Source of the DNA: Mobula birostris
Taxonomy: Eukaryota
Assembly: GCF_030028105.1 (NCBI RefSeq)
Contig: NC_092374.1
Location: 8,980,998 to 9,044,997 of the forward strand
Reading direction: 5' to 3'
Length of the DNA stretch: 64,000 bases
Shown here: positions 38,690 to 52,464 of the stretch, in pieces
Layout: each line of letters begins with the position of its first letter
How positions within the stretch are numbered: the stretch's first letter is position 1
Position numbers and translations under genes: made by a program
The notes under the pieces: model-generated
Database searches by the model: none
What the model saw: only the letters and a program-made list of their open reading frames with translations
Told to the model about the DNA's origin: nothing

Positions 38690-41600
38690 AAAAATAGTGT
38701 AAAAATAGCAATGAATAATACAAAGCAAAAAAAAACTGGAAAAAAATCATGAAGAAGAAAAAAAAATAGAAAAAAAAAACCCTATCCCCCCAAAAATTGA
38801 ACTAAACAGAATTAGTCAACTAAACTAAAAGACTTGGGCAATACTAACAACTTAAAAATAGGAAAGAAGAAAACCTTAGTGTCGACGACTCCATTCCTCT
38901 CAACCAACAGTACAGAGAGATTAAACAAGTTTGGAAATGATCAAATTACATCAAATGAAAATGCTGAATGAATGGCCTCCAAGTTTTTTCAAATTTAATG
39001 GAAGGGTCATAAACCGCACTTCTAACTTTTTCCAAATTCAAACACACCATAGTTTGTGAAAACCAATGAAATACAGTAGGAGGATTAATCTCTTTCCAAT
39101 TCAGCAGAATGGATCTTCTAGCCATTAAAGTAAGAAATGCAATCATCCTACATGATGAAGAGGTTAAATAATTTGAATCTATCATTGGTAATCCAAAGAT
39201 AGCAGTAATTGGATGAGGTTGTAAGTCTATATTCAAGACCATTGAAATAATGTCAAAAATATCTTTTCAATATTTTTCCAGCAAAGGACATGACCAAAAC
39301 ATGTGAGTTAAAGAAGCTATCTCGAAATGACATCTATCACATATTGGATTAATATAAGGATAATAACGAGATAGTTTATTTTTGGACATATGAGCCCTGT
39401 GCACTACTTTAAACTGTATCAATACATGTTTAGCACATACAGAGGATAAATTAACCAATTGAAGAATTTTTTCCCATTTTTCAATTGGTATAATAATCTT
39501 AAGTTCTCTTTCCCAGTCAGCTTTAATTTTATTAGAAGCATCAGGACATAAATTCATAATTATATTATATATAATTGCCACAACACTTTTCTGAGAAAGA
39601 TTTAAATCTAATTTTTTTTCCAAAGTGTCCATTGGATATGGGCATGGAAAATTAGGAGAAACAGTAATTAAAAAGTTTCTAATCTGTAGATATCTAAAAA
39701 AGTGAGATCTGGGTAAGTTATATTTATTAGAGAGTTGATCAAAAGACATGAAACAATTATCCAAAAATAAATCACGAAAAGATATTATACCTTTGGTTTT
39801 CCAATCAAAGTAAGCTTGATCCATAGTGCAAGGTTGAAAAAGGAAATTAGATATAATGGGACTTGCTAGAATAAATTGATTAAACCCAAAAAATCTCCGA
39901 AATTGAAACCATATACGTAAAGTATGCTTAACTATTGGGTTATTCATTTGTTTATACAATTTAGAAGAAGTAAAAGGAAGCGAAGTTCCTAAAACCGAAC
40001 CCAAGGAAAACCCTTGTAAAGAATCACATTCAAGATTTACCCAATGTGGGTTCAAATATACATCCAAATCTCATAACCAAAATTTTAAATATCGAATATT
40101 AATTGCCCAATAATAGAATCTAAAATTTGGGAGGGCAAGTCCCGCCTTTCCTTTTTAGATTTCTGTAAATACCTTTTACCTAACCTAGGATTTTTGTTCT
40201 GCCAAATATATGAGGAAATTTTTGAGTCTACATTATCAAAAAAAGATTTTGGGATAAAAATTGGAACTGATTGAAATATATATAAAAATTTGGGCAAAAT
40301 GATCATCTTAATAGCATTAATCCGACCAATCAAAGACAAGGAGATTGGTGACCATTTAGTAAACAAAAGTTTAATCTGATCAATTAAAGGTAAAAAATTA
40401 GCTTTAAATAAATCTTTATATTTTTTCGTAATTGTTATCCCTAAATATATAAATGAATCAGTAACCAATTTAAATGGTAAATGTCCATAAATAGGTACCT
40501 GCTTATTTAAAGAGAATAATTCACTCTTATTAAGATTCAATTTGTAACCAGAGAAGTTACTAAATTGAGCCAACAAACCTAGAGTAGCAGGAATTGACTT
40601 CTCCGGATTGGAGATGTATAACAACAAATCATCTGCATATAATGATAATTTATGTATTTCGTTTCCACGGGTAATACCAAAAATATTTGGCGAGTCACAG
40701 ATAGCAATTTCTAAAGGTTCAAGGGCGATATTGAAAAGTAAAGGACTAAGAGGACATCCTTGCCTAGTACCACGAAAAAGACGAAAAAAAGGAGATCTAT
40801 GATTATTAGTACAAACCGAGGCTGCCGGGGAGTAATATAACAATTTAATCCAAGATAGAAATGTCAAACTAAAATTAAATTTCTCAAGAACATTAAATAA
40901 ATAAGGCCATTCAACTCTGTCAAAGGCTTTCTCAGCATCTAATGAGATAATACATTCCGGGGTAGTAAGTGAGGGGGTATAAACAATATTCATTAACCTC
41001 CTAATATTAAAGGATGAATAATGATTTTTAATAACACCGTTTGATCCATAGGTATAATTTGAGGTAACACCTTCTCCAACCTAGTTGCTAGAATTTTTGA
41101 AAAAATTTTTGAGTCTACATTCAAAAGAGATATCAGTCTGTATGATGCACAATCAGTAGGATCTTTATTCTTTTTAAGAATTAGAGAAATAGAGGCTTCA
41201 TAAAACGATTGTGGTAATTTACCTAAACTGATTGCTTCCTTGAATATTCTAGACAACTTTGGAGAGAGAATGGAGGAAAAGAATTTAAAAAATTCCATTG
41301 TGATCCCGTCCAGACCGGGTGCTTTACCAGAATTCAATGATGAGATTGCAGTTATTATTTCTTCCTCTGTAATGGAAGTTTCTAAAGATAAGCAATCTTC
41401 GGGTGATAATTTCAGAAAATTCAACTTACTTAAAAAGTCATGCATGAAATTAGAATCATGAGGAGAATCAGAGTGATATAGAGAGGTATAAAATTCTTGA
41501 AAGGTTTTGTTTATCCTAGCATGATCAACTGTGAAAGTATCATCATGTTTACGAATCTTATTTCAATTGGTTAGCCAATAATTTACCCGATTTATCACTA

Positions 41601-44551
41601 TGAATATAAAAATCACTTCTAGTTCTCATTAATTGATTTTCAATCGAGGATGTTAATAATAAGCTATGTTCCAATTGAAGTTCAACTCTGTGTTTGTATA
41701 GCTCCTTACTGGGAGAAACAGCATATTTTTTATCGATTTCTTTAATTTTATCAACCAACAGAAGTATTTCATTGTTAACACGTCTTTTCAAACCAGCCAA
41801 ATAGGAAATAATCTGACCACAGATATAAGCTTTAAAAGCATCCCAAACAGTTCCATTGGAAATTTCTTCTGTAGTATTAGCTGAAAGGAAGAAATCAATC
41901 TGCTCCTTTATAAACTTGACAAAGTCCGAATCTTGAAGCAAAATAGGGTTAAATCGCCATTGTCTGTTAGTACAAGAGGTGTCCATTAACTTGATGGAAA
42001 GTTTCATTGGAGCATGATCTGAAATAGCAATAATGTCGTAATTACAATCAACTACAGATGGAATTAAATAAGAGTCAATAAAAAAAATAATCAATTCGGG
42101 AATAAGAACGATGAACATGTGGAAAAAAGAGAATTCTTTATCATTTGGATGTAGAAATTTCCAAATTTCTGAAATCCCAGAATCAAACATAAAAGAGCTA
42201 ATAAGAGTAGCCGACTTATTCGGTAAAGCTGGACTACCTATGGATCTGTCCAGCATGGGATTCAAACATAAATTAAAGTCACTGCCCATTATCAACATAT
42301 ACTCATTTAAGTTAGGAAAGGAAGTGAATAGGTGTTTAAAAAATTCAGGATAATCCACATTCAGAGCATAAACATTAACCATAGCAAAGTACCCCAGTGA
42401 TTAACAAAAATCTGCCATTAGGATCTGAGATAATGTCTTGATGAATAAATGTAATTGAGGGATCTATAGAAATTGAAACACCTTTAATTTTGGCTTGAGT
42501 GTTTGAATGGTATTGTTATTCTTTCCAAAACTTAAAGAAGCGTTGATTATCCTCTTTCCTTACATGAGTTTCTTGTACAAAAATAATATGAGCATTCAGT
42601 CTTTGGAACACTTTGAAAATGTTTTTCCGTTTTATTGCATGGCTTAAACCATTTGTATTCCAAGAGACAAAATTAATAGTATGAGCCATTATTTAAAATC
42701 AACCCTTTGGTAAGTAAAGGGTTAACCATAATGTAACCTCATGAAATCGGAAGGGGAATACATGATCAGAGAGGAATCGGAAATCTAGACACTGCGGACA
42801 TCTTTGTAGTTCTAAATCAGCCCAGTAGAAAACATTTAAAAAGACTACCCCACCCACCAACCCCAAGAACCCCGAACTAAGCTAGAGAAGGCTGAAGAAA
42901 GCACTAACTAAAACTAACTCTAACCCCATTTTTGCAGGAGGCAACTCCAAAAATATATGTTATATAGGTGACCCCACGGAGACTAATATATATAAAAACT
43001 AAACACTATAGTAAAATAGTCTACATAGTATAATTACTAAAGTATAGAAATAAAAAAATTAGTGTCAATACGTATAATTAAAAAAGAAGAAGGATTATGG
43101 GGAGAAGAAACATAAGAACACGGCGTCCCAAAAAGAACAAAGGAGGTTATGCAAAAAGAAAGACAAATCGCCATGTTAATTACACGGAAACCAAAAATAG
43201 GAAACATATAACTAAAAATGATTGTCAGATCAAATTGTTAATAATAATAACGAAAAACAAAAAGTTAAAGAAAAAATTAACTAAAAGAAAATGATGTTAT
43301 TCACAAGAAATAAGTATTCTATATAGGTTATAGAATAGTAACTATAGTAGTAAGCAGAGAACAAAAATCTTGAGCTTCTCAAAAACCTTCATCGTACGGT
43401 GGTAGAAGGTTTATTTTTAAAGAAAAACACCAGAGTAAAAAGCTGGTGCTGGAAGCACCGGACACAGATTAAGGGAGGATGTCTGTGTCAGATGGGTAAT
43501 TATCATCCAAAACGCTCCGAGCGGCAGTTGTAGAGTGGAAAACACGACGAGATCCATCGGGAAGAGAGATTCTGAGTCGTGCAGGATACAATAGTGCCGG
43601 TTTGAGATTTTTTTTGATAGCATTCCGACATTAGAGGTTTAAAAGTCAGTTGCTCCTTCATCACTTCGGGACTATAATCTTGAACTATCCTGAAGGAATG
43701 CTGGCGATACTTGACCATCCCTTGTCGACGAGCAGTCTGGAGAAGCTGTTCTTTAACATTAACATAATGGAAACGAAGAATAACTGGTCTGGTTTTGGAT
43801 ACAGCCGATGCTGACTTTATCCACAGTATACGATGGGCGCGGTCCTGTAATGGAGGATCGTTGGGAAAAACTGAACCGAACGAATCCTTTAAAAGTTGAG
43901 CAAAGAATATTGCAGGGTCTCCAATCTCAACATCCTCGGGTAAACCAATTAAACGTAAGTTTTGTCTTCTCGATCGATTTTCAAGATCGATAACTTTGGA
44001 TTTAAGGTGTTGGAGTTGTTTAGTAGTCGAAGCTAGATTCTTCTCTAAATTCTCAACTTTTGTATCCGTCTTCTGAGATTTAGTATCCAGTTCAGAAATT
44101 TTACCATCGTGTTTTTGAACTTCACAATCCAGGGATTTCAAAGATTCCGTGATTGATTTTAAATCTTCATTAAGGCTTTGGCGATGTTGTTCGAATTGAG
44201 CAGATAAACTTTAAGATAATTTTTGCCGTTGTTCCTCCAACTTTTCCTCCAGACACTTCATCATAACCTCGTAAGTTAATTCTGTTTGTTTGGAATCACC
44301 TTTCTTCTTTCCTCCGTTCCCGTCAGAGTCTTTCCCATCTTTGGCTTTGGATCTCGTACTCATTTCTTTAAGCTCGAGAGTTACAATTTACAAAAAAAAA
44401 ATCAATTATTTAGTGAATCAGTAAGATAAAATAAATCTTCTGGTGTAAATAAAGTTGATTAGATCAAGGAGATCATAGGTTAAAAAAGATAACGGGAATG
44501 GAGCGAAGCCAGAGACGACCTCACTCCATGAGCGCTCCCTGCAGAATCCGA
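38690..44551 (-). mobile_element. Near full-length L1-clade LINE, antisense, nested in the host L1; ORFs disrupted
   Basis: ORF1 43503-44141 (DLENRSRRQNLRL); ORF2 APE/RT/CCHC pieces 38946-42690; 5' UTR to ~44551. Confidence 0.92.
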
Positions 44552-44894
44552 TGTCATGTTTAAATTTAGAGAAGATTCGATGTTCAATCTTTGAATCTAA
44601 TCAAGACTTTCAAACATTGTGGGGACTTTTTCTGAATTATTTTAAAAACCTTTGATTTGCTGTTAAAGCACACGTGATGACTAACAATCTTTTTTCTTTT
44701 TTTCTACTAATCAGCTTCGGTCTTGGTGGGTTAGGTGTTTTATATAATAAAATTATTATTTTTCAGTGTTACGAACTAATTGACTTGTACGAATATAGGG
44801 TAAGGAGTCTTTATATGTGATTTAGCTTGATGTATTGACAAATATATTTTTTCCTCTACTTTGTATTCTTATATATAAATTAATAAAAAATATT

Positions 44895-46030
44895 GGAAAG
44901 GAAATGATGAGTAATGTCTTTAGCCAGAGAGTGGTGAATCTGTGGAATTCATTAGCACAGACTGCTGTGGAAGCCAAGTCATTGGGTACATTTAGACCAG
45001 ATGAACATAAGAGATTGGAGTAGAATGAGGCCATTCCACCCATTGAGTCTGTATTGCAAATTCATGATGGCTGATCCATTTTCCCGCTCAAATCCATTCT
45101 CTTTACTTCTCCCTGTAACCTTTCATGCCCTGTCTAATTAATAACCTATGAATTCCACTTAAGTACTCCAAATAACCTGGCTTCCACATCCACTCTGTTT
45201 CCTCAGCACTACCTGCCCCTCCGCCTATCTTCATCCTATCTACAAACTTGGCCACCAAGCTATCTATTCCATCATCCGAATCTTTGACACAGTCCCGAAA
45301 CCGACTCCTGTGGAACAACACTAGTCACTGGGAACCAATCTGAAAAGGCAAGAAGCATTTGCCAAGAACAATTATGGTCAAAGATCATGAAAATCATGCC
45401 AGGGTTAAATTCGGGAACATTTCAAGGAGCAGAATTGTAGGGATTTAGGAGTCCTGCTCCACACACCCTTCCGTAGCAGAATCACTCTGCCCAGTTTGAG
45501 TATGGAAAGAGGAATCATGCCCAGATGATAAACAGGAAAATACAAGTGTTACATAGTCCACCCGCCCAGTAGAAAAGACCTGTACAGGAAAGCTTTCTCA
45601 CCTTTGTGTCTTTGACAGGTTCCCATCAGCATGGATGCTGTTTTGATCCAGATAGCGAGTGGTGTGAAATGGCATGGGGTTTGGGGGGGGTGGAGGTGCG
45701 GATGGGATGGGGAGGGATCTGCTTTCACATTGAGGATATTCTTGATAAAGAAGAGCTGAACACAAATACGTAATTAATCACCATCTCTTCCAGTGTTACT
45801 CCCCAGAAGCCTCCCTCTGAAGTCAGCTGTGTTGTAAACAGTAGTGTGTGGGATCTACTCCGGACTGCATGCTGAGTGGTTGCATCAGAGTTTGGTACAA
45901 AGCCTTCAATGCACAGGATCGCAAGAGGCTGCAGAGGGTTCTAGAGTTTACAGGTTCCTTCCCTGCATCGAAGACATCATCTTTAAAATGTTATTTTGCA
46001 ATCAACGTTTATGTTGCAATCTTTAGTTTA
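44895..46030. mobile_element. CR1 remnants (44895-45010 +, 45010-45320 -) and a Rex1-like remnant (~45850-46030 +)
   Basis: RVVNLWNSL; IDSLVAKFVD; QDRKRLQRV. Confidence 0.65.
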
Positions 46031-46159
46031 CTTTGTATTTGATCATAAATAATGACTAACAACAATTTTGCTTGTTCCTTCCTTAAACTGCAAGGAGTCT
46101 TTTTTCCACCGAGCCTGCAAAGAGACCAGTGGTGCTTGAGAGCTTACCGAGAGAAGAGA

Positions 46160-46208
46160 ATGCTATTCTTTCTACTTAGCGCTATTGTCCTGGGTATCTC
46201 TGCAATGT
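46160..46208 (+). CDS. Signal-peptide (leader) exon of the Siglec-15-like gene B: MLFFLLSAIVLGISAM
   Basis: ATG at 46160, 16 mostly hydrophobic codons plus 1 nt, perfect phase-1 donor T/gtaagt. Joins the 56216 exon in frame (TCC=Ser). Confidence 0.7.
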
Positions 46209-46354
46209 GTAAGTATCTTGAAATAAAAAGCAGTGAATGGTTTTTCTGACTGTCTTATCTGTGAAAAGTGTAGGAGCTGGAATGAGTTCGGAGTGGCAAC
46301 TGAGCAGGTTCAATTATGGGTCTCATGGACACACACAGTCTTTCAGAATCTGTG

Positions 46355-46357
<3 letters not shown>

Positions 46358-46410
<53 letters not shown>
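46358..46410 (+). repeat. (TG)n microsatellite
   Basis: Perfect dinucleotide run 150 bp into the predicted intron 1. Confidence 0.97.
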
Positions 46411-46413
<3 letters not shown>

Positions 46414-46444
46414 AAGGAAAACTTGAAAAATCTAATTAGAATGT

Positions 46445-48985
46445 AATGGTTGGAGTCACCAAGGCTGAAGCCTGTTCTACAGCAGTTATAATGGGTGACT
46501 TCAATCTACATGTAGATTGGGTGAACCAAATTGGTAAGGGTGCTGAGGAAGAGGATTTCTTGGAATGTATGCAGGATGGTTTTTTGAACCAACATGTCGA
46601 GGAACCAACTAGAGAGCAGGCTATTCTAGACTGGGTATTGAGCAATGAGGAAGGGTTAATTAGCAAGCTTGTCGTGAGAGGCCCCTTGGGTAAGAGTGAC
46701 CATAATATGGTGGAATTCTTCATTAAGATGGAGAGTGACATATTTAGTTCAGAAACAAAGGTCCTGAACTTAAAGAAGGGTAACTTTCAAGGTATGAGAC
46801 ATGAATTAGCTAAGATAGACTGGTAAATGACACTTAAAGGATTGACGGTGGATATGCAATGGCAAACACTTAAAGATCGCATGGATGAACTACAACAATT
46901 GTTCATCCCAGTTTGGCAAAAGAATAAATCAGGGAAGGTAGTGCGCCTGTGGCTGACAAGGGAAATTAGGGATAGTATCAATTCCAAAGAAGAAGCATAC
47001 AAATTAGCCAGAAAAAGTAGCTCACCTGAGGACTGGGAGAAATTCAGAGTCCAGAAGAGGAGGGCAAAGGGCTTAATTAGAAAGGGGGACAAAAGATTGA
47101 GAGAAAGCTGGCAGGGAAATAAAAACTGACTGTAAAAGCTTTTATAGATATGTGAAAAGAAAAAGATTGGTTAAGACAAATGTAGATCCCGCACAGACAG
47201 GAACAGGTGAATTGATTATGGGGAGCAAGGACATGGCAGACCAGTTGAATAACTACTTTGGTTCTGTCTTCACTAAGGAGGACATAAATAATCTCTGGAA
47301 ATAGTAGGGAACAGAGGGTCCAGTGAGATGGAGGAACTGAGGGAAATACGTGTTAGTAGGGAAGTGGTGTTAGGTAAATTGAAGGGATTAAAGGCAGATA
47401 AATCCCCAGGGCCAGATGGTCTGCATCCCAGAGTGCTTGAGGAAGTAGCCCAAGAAATAGTGGATGCATTAGTGATAATTTTTCAAAACTCTTTAGATTC
47501 TGGCCTAGTTCCTGAGGATTGGAGGGTGGCTAATGTAACTCCACTTTTTAAAAAAGGAGAGAGAGAGAAACCAGGGAATTATAGACCGGTTAGCCTAACA
47601 TCGGTGGTGGGGAAACTGCTAGAGTCAGTTATCAAAGATGTGACAACAGCACATTTGGAAAGCGGTGAAATCATCGGACAAAGTCAGCATGGATTTGTGA
47701 AAGGAAAATCATGTCTGACGAATCTCATAGAATTTTTTGAGGATGTAACTAGTAGAATGGATGGGGAGAACCAGTGGATGTGGTATATTTGGATTTTCAA
47801 AAGGCTTTTGACAAGGTCTCACACAGGAGATTAGTGTGCAAACTTAAAGCACACGGTATTTGGGGTAAGGTATTGATGTGGATAGAGAATTGGTTGGCAG
47901 ACAGGAAGCAAAGAGTGGGAATAAACGGGACCTTTTCAGAATGGCAGGCAGTGACTAGTGGGGTACCGCAAGGCTCAGTGCTGGGACCCCAGCTGTTTAC
48001 AATATATATTAATGACTTAGATGAGGGAATTAAATGCAGCATCTCCAAGTTTGCGGATGACACAAAGCTGGGCGGCAGTGTTAGCTGCGAGGAGGATGCT
48101 AAGAGGATGCAGGGTGACTTGGATAGGTTAGGTGAGTGGGCAAATTCATGGCAGATGCAATTTAATGTGGATAAATGTGAAGTTATCCACTTTTGTGGCA
48201 AAAACAGGAAAACAGATTATTATCTGAATGGTGGCCGATTAGGAAAAGGGGAGGTGCAACGAGACCTGGGTGTCATTATACACCAGTCATTGAAAGTGGG
48301 CATGCAGGTACAGCAGGCGGTGAAAAAGGCGAATGGTACGCTGGCATTTATAGCGAGAGGATTTGAGTACAGGAGCAGGGAGGTACTACTGCAGTTGTAC
48401 AAGGCCTTGGTGAGACCACACCTGGAGTATTGTGTGCAGTTTTGGTCCCCTAATCTGAGGAAAGACATCCTTGCCATAGAGGGAGTACAAAGAAGGTTCA
48501 CCAGATTGATTCCTGGGACGGCAGGACTTTCATATGATGGAAAGCTGGATGAACTAGGCTTACACTCGTTGGAATTTAGAAGATTGAGGGGGGATCCAAT
48601 TGAAACGTATAAAATCCTAAAGGGATTGGACAGGCGAGATGCAGGAAGATTGTTCCCGATGTTGGGGAAGTCCAGAACGAGGGGTCACAGTTTGAGGATA
48701 AAGGGGAAGCCTTTTAGGACCGAGATTAGGAAAAACTTCTTCACACAGAGAGTGGTGAATCTGTGGAATTCTCTGCCACAGGAAATAGTTGAGGCCAGTT
48801 CATTGGCTATATTTAAGAGGGAGTTAGATATGGTCCTTGTGGCTAAAGGGATCAGGGGGTATGGAGGGAAGGCTGGTGCAGGGTTCTGAATTGGATGATC
48901 AGCCATGATCATACTGAATGGCGGTGCAGGCTCGAAGGGCCGAATGGCCTACTCCTGCACCTATTTTCTATGTTTCTATGTTTCT
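46445..48985 (+). mobile_element. 5'-truncated CR1 (APE end plus RT) in predicted intron 1
   Basis: MGDFN, LGKSDH, KSPGPDG, PQGSVLGP, FADDTK; (ttctatg)n tail. Confidence 0.93.
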
Positions 48986-49689
48986 GCGCCCTTCGTCTCT
49001 GGAGGGAGAGATTTTCTCCCGAGTGGAGTTGTAGGGCGGTGTGATCCTGGCACTGCGAGTGAGAGATTTTGAAGTTGGAACAGACTCTGGGTGATTCCTT
49101 CAGGAAAGGGGGTCGTGGCCGGGCGGATTACCAATAGTGTCTCTGATAGAAACGTTCAACACCGGAATTGGTGAGGGCTAAAGGAAGAGGAAATTTCAGT
49201 GTGAGGGTCACTGAAGCTGGAAGCACGGGTAGATAAGGTTAAGGAGGCAGACAGGAAACTGGCCTTCATTATCCAGTGCATAGAGTATGAAAGCAGAGAG
49301 GTTACGGTACAAATGTATCAACTATTGGGTTAGCCACTTGCTCTGTGTGCACGTCTGATCACAACTGACAGGGAGGACACAATTGTCCCGGAAACGCTGT
49401 AGAGGAGACTCAACACTCTGTCTCCTGAGATGGAGCATTGGGTGACATCGTTCAAGTTGAAGTTTGATTACAGTTTACCCATACATAAACACCTCCAAAC
49501 AGAACAGCATTACTCGGGGGCAAGGTGCGAAACACAGTACCAACACGCTCACACAGCACAAGGCACATATAAGATAGAAAGCACATATAAGATATCAGTA
49601 AAATATAGACACTCAAAAAATATATCGTCCAAGACCATGAATGTTGCAGCACTCTCCAGTTGAACACAGTTTAGCTTGTCTTCTGCAGA

Positions 49690-50080
49690 GCGAACACGAG
49701 GGGTTGCTGGTGGTGGGGGGACATTTCTGATTGCAGTTTGGGCGCCGCGCACACAGCCCTCGGCACTCCGGTGGGGCACACGGACTCAAACGCCTCTCTC
49801 CTGGGCAGCCGTAAATAGGCGACACCGGGTCTTGTCCTCGCGATGACTGTGGTCACCCAGCTCCCCCGAAAATAAATCACTGAATCGGACTTGCAGCATT
49901 CCACTTTAACAATGTCCAGCGGGGTCTTGCGATCACAAGTAAAGCGACAAAGACCGACACTCGCTGTTGGACTGCACACTTTCACGCAGCGACCCCTGCC
50001 ACCCGGCTCTAACAGCAGGCAGCAGCACGATCCCCATCAGCAGGGAAAACTGCTGAGACGGGGGTCACTGGAGAGACATT
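49690..50080 (-). pseudogene. Decayed Ig V-set domain, B7/butyrophilin-type, with a preceding hydrophobic leader-like stretch
   Basis: Composite of frames: LLMGIVLLPAVRAG...SVGLCRFTCDRKTPLDIVKVE(C for W)CKSDSVIYFRG...KTRCRLFTAAQERG.*VRVPHRSAEG..VCAA. Contains stops and frameshifts. Confidence 0.5.
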
Positions 50081-50639
50081 GCTGTTGTTAGTGAGGGGAC
50101 TCAGCGTTCAGTGATTCACTTTTATATCAAAGACAGTAGGAAGAGACGGAGTAAAACCTTTCTCAATATCTGGTGACCGATAGTGAGGTGGGAAAGTGAT
50201 CTGGGACCCGGCACAGCGAGTCTGCAAAGGGACCGAGAGAGAGGCAGGAGAAGAAGGTACAGATGGATACAGTATAATGAGGGAGAAAGCTGCTTGTTTG
50301 AAGAACAGAACAGAATGCAGTGATGCAGCGAGTAAATGCGGGTGTACGGACGGGTCTGGTCTGTTTTTTCCCGGCACAGAGAGGAAATAGAAAGCTGAAA
50401 ATGTTGGAAAGCCTCAGTCTACGGCATCAGATCGCGAGTGCGCATGTGCCCGATCGACAGCACTGTGGAGAGATTTGGCTGTCGGTTTGAGCTGATTGGG
50501 GACTTCAGAAAGGGCAAGACAGTTGAACATGAACCAATCGTCACAGAGGGATCAGAAGTGGAGAGCGAGTGAGCAATCTCAAGTTCTTGGGTGTCAAAAT
50601 CTGTTAGGATCTAACGCGGGTCCAAAATACCGAGCGATG

Positions 50640-52395
50640 CAGCAAGACAGTGGCTATATTTCATGAGGAGTTTGAGGAGATTTTGTCTGCCACCTAAGAC
50701 ACAGGAAAACTCCTACAGCTGTACCGCGGAGAGCATTGTGCCTGGCTGATCATTGTCTGGCATGGTGTGGACTGGGCACAGCGTCGAAAGAAGCTACAGA
50801 GACTTGTAAAATTAGTCAGCTCCATCTTGTGTATTGGCCTCTGTAGTATCCAAGACATCTTCAAGGAGCGGTGGGTGAGAAAGTTACGCCCATTATGAAG
50901 GACGCCCATCATCCAGGACCCGGCCTCTTCTCCATATGACCATATAACAATCACAGCACGGAAACAGGCCATCTCGCCCCTTCTAGTCCATACCGAACGC
51001 TTACTCTCATCTAGTTCCACCGACCTGCACTCAGCCCATAACACTCCATTCCTTTCCTGTCCATATAGCTATCCAATTTTACTTTAAATGACAATATCAC
51101 ACCTGCCTCAACCACTTCTGCTGGCAGCTCGTTCCACACAGCTACCACTCTCTGAGTAAAGAAGTTCCACTCATGTTACCCCTAAACTTTTGCCCCCTAT
51201 CTCTCAACTCATGTCCTCTTGTTTGAATCTCCCCTACTCTCAATGGAAAAAGCCTATCCACGTCAAATCTATCGATCCTCCTCATAATTTTAAATACTTC
51301 TATCAAGTCCCCCCTCAACCTTCTACGCTCCAAAGAATAAAGACCCAACTTGTTCAACCTTACTCTGTAACTTAGATGCTAAAATCCAGGTAACATCCCA
51401 GTAAATCTTCTCTATACTCTCTCGATTTTGTTGACATCTTTCCTATAATTCGGTGACCAGAACTGTACACAATACTCCAAATTTGGCCTTACCAATGCCT
51501 TGTACAATTTTAACATTACATCACAACTCCTATACTGAATGCTCTGATTTATAAAGGCCAGCATACCAAAAGCTTTCTTCACCACCCTATCCACATGAGT
51601 TTCCACCTTCAGGGAACTATGCACCATTATTCCTAGATCCCTCAGTTCTACTGCATTCTTCAATACCCTACCATTTACCATGTATGTCCTATTTTGATTA
51701 GTCCTACCGAAATGTAGCACCTCACATTTATCAGCATTAAACTCCATCTGCCATCTTTCAGCCCACTCTTCTAACTGGCCTAAATCTCTGTGCAAGCTTT
51801 GAAAACCTACTTCATTATCCACAACTCCACCTATCTTAGTATCATCTGCATACTTACTAATCCAATTTACCATCCTATCATCCAGATCATTAATGTATTT
51901 GACAAACAACATTGGACCCAGTACACCACAGGTCACCGGCCTCCAATCTGACAAACAGTTATCCACCACCACTCTCTGGCATCTCACATCCAGCCACTGC
52001 TGAATCCATTTTACTACTTCAATATTAATACCTAACGATTGAACCTTCCTAACTAACCTTCCATGTGGAACCTTGTCAAAGGCCTTACTGAAGTCCATAT
52101 AGACAACATCCACCACTTTACCCTCGTCAACGTTTCTAGTAACCTCTATAAAAATTCAACAAGATTTGTCAAACCTGACCTTTCACTCACAAATCTATGA
52201 TGACTGTTCCTAATCAGACCCTGTCTATCCAGATGATTATATATAACATCTCTAAGAATACTTTCCATCAATTTACCCACCACTGATGTCAAACTCAAAG
52301 GTCGATAATTGCTAGATTTATTCTTAGAACCCTTTTTAAACAATGGAACAACATAAGCAATACGCCAATCCTCCGGCACCATCCCCATTTCTCAT
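50640..52395. mobile_element. Rex1-like remnant (~50640-50935 +) and CR1 (~50940-52395 -)
   Basis: DFSKAFDKVPHGRL, YADDTK, LVRPNLEYC on the - strand. Confidence 0.85.
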
Positions 52396-52464
52396 TCTTT
52401 CTGTCAGGAAGGAGGTACAAAAGCCTGAAGGCACACACTCAGAAATTAAGGCACAGCTTTATAA

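Larger units (their letters stand above)
27812..44887 (+). mobile_element. L1-clade LINE (5'-truncated within ORF1) hosting seven nested insertions
   Basis: ORF1 DLENRSRRNNLRI (27989-28414). ORF2 pieces resume in order across the inserts up to CLNLEKIR near 44560. A-rich tail ~44880; candidate TSD aaatattg at 27800-27807 and 44888-44895, inside an older CR1. Confidence 0.85.

Noticed and set aside
49900-50030. Apparent similarity of one - frame (RESVQSNSECRSLSLYL) to OAF/out-at-first
   Set aside because: The match is short and not collinear further on. The Ig V-set reading explains more motifs with correct spacing and fits the locus.
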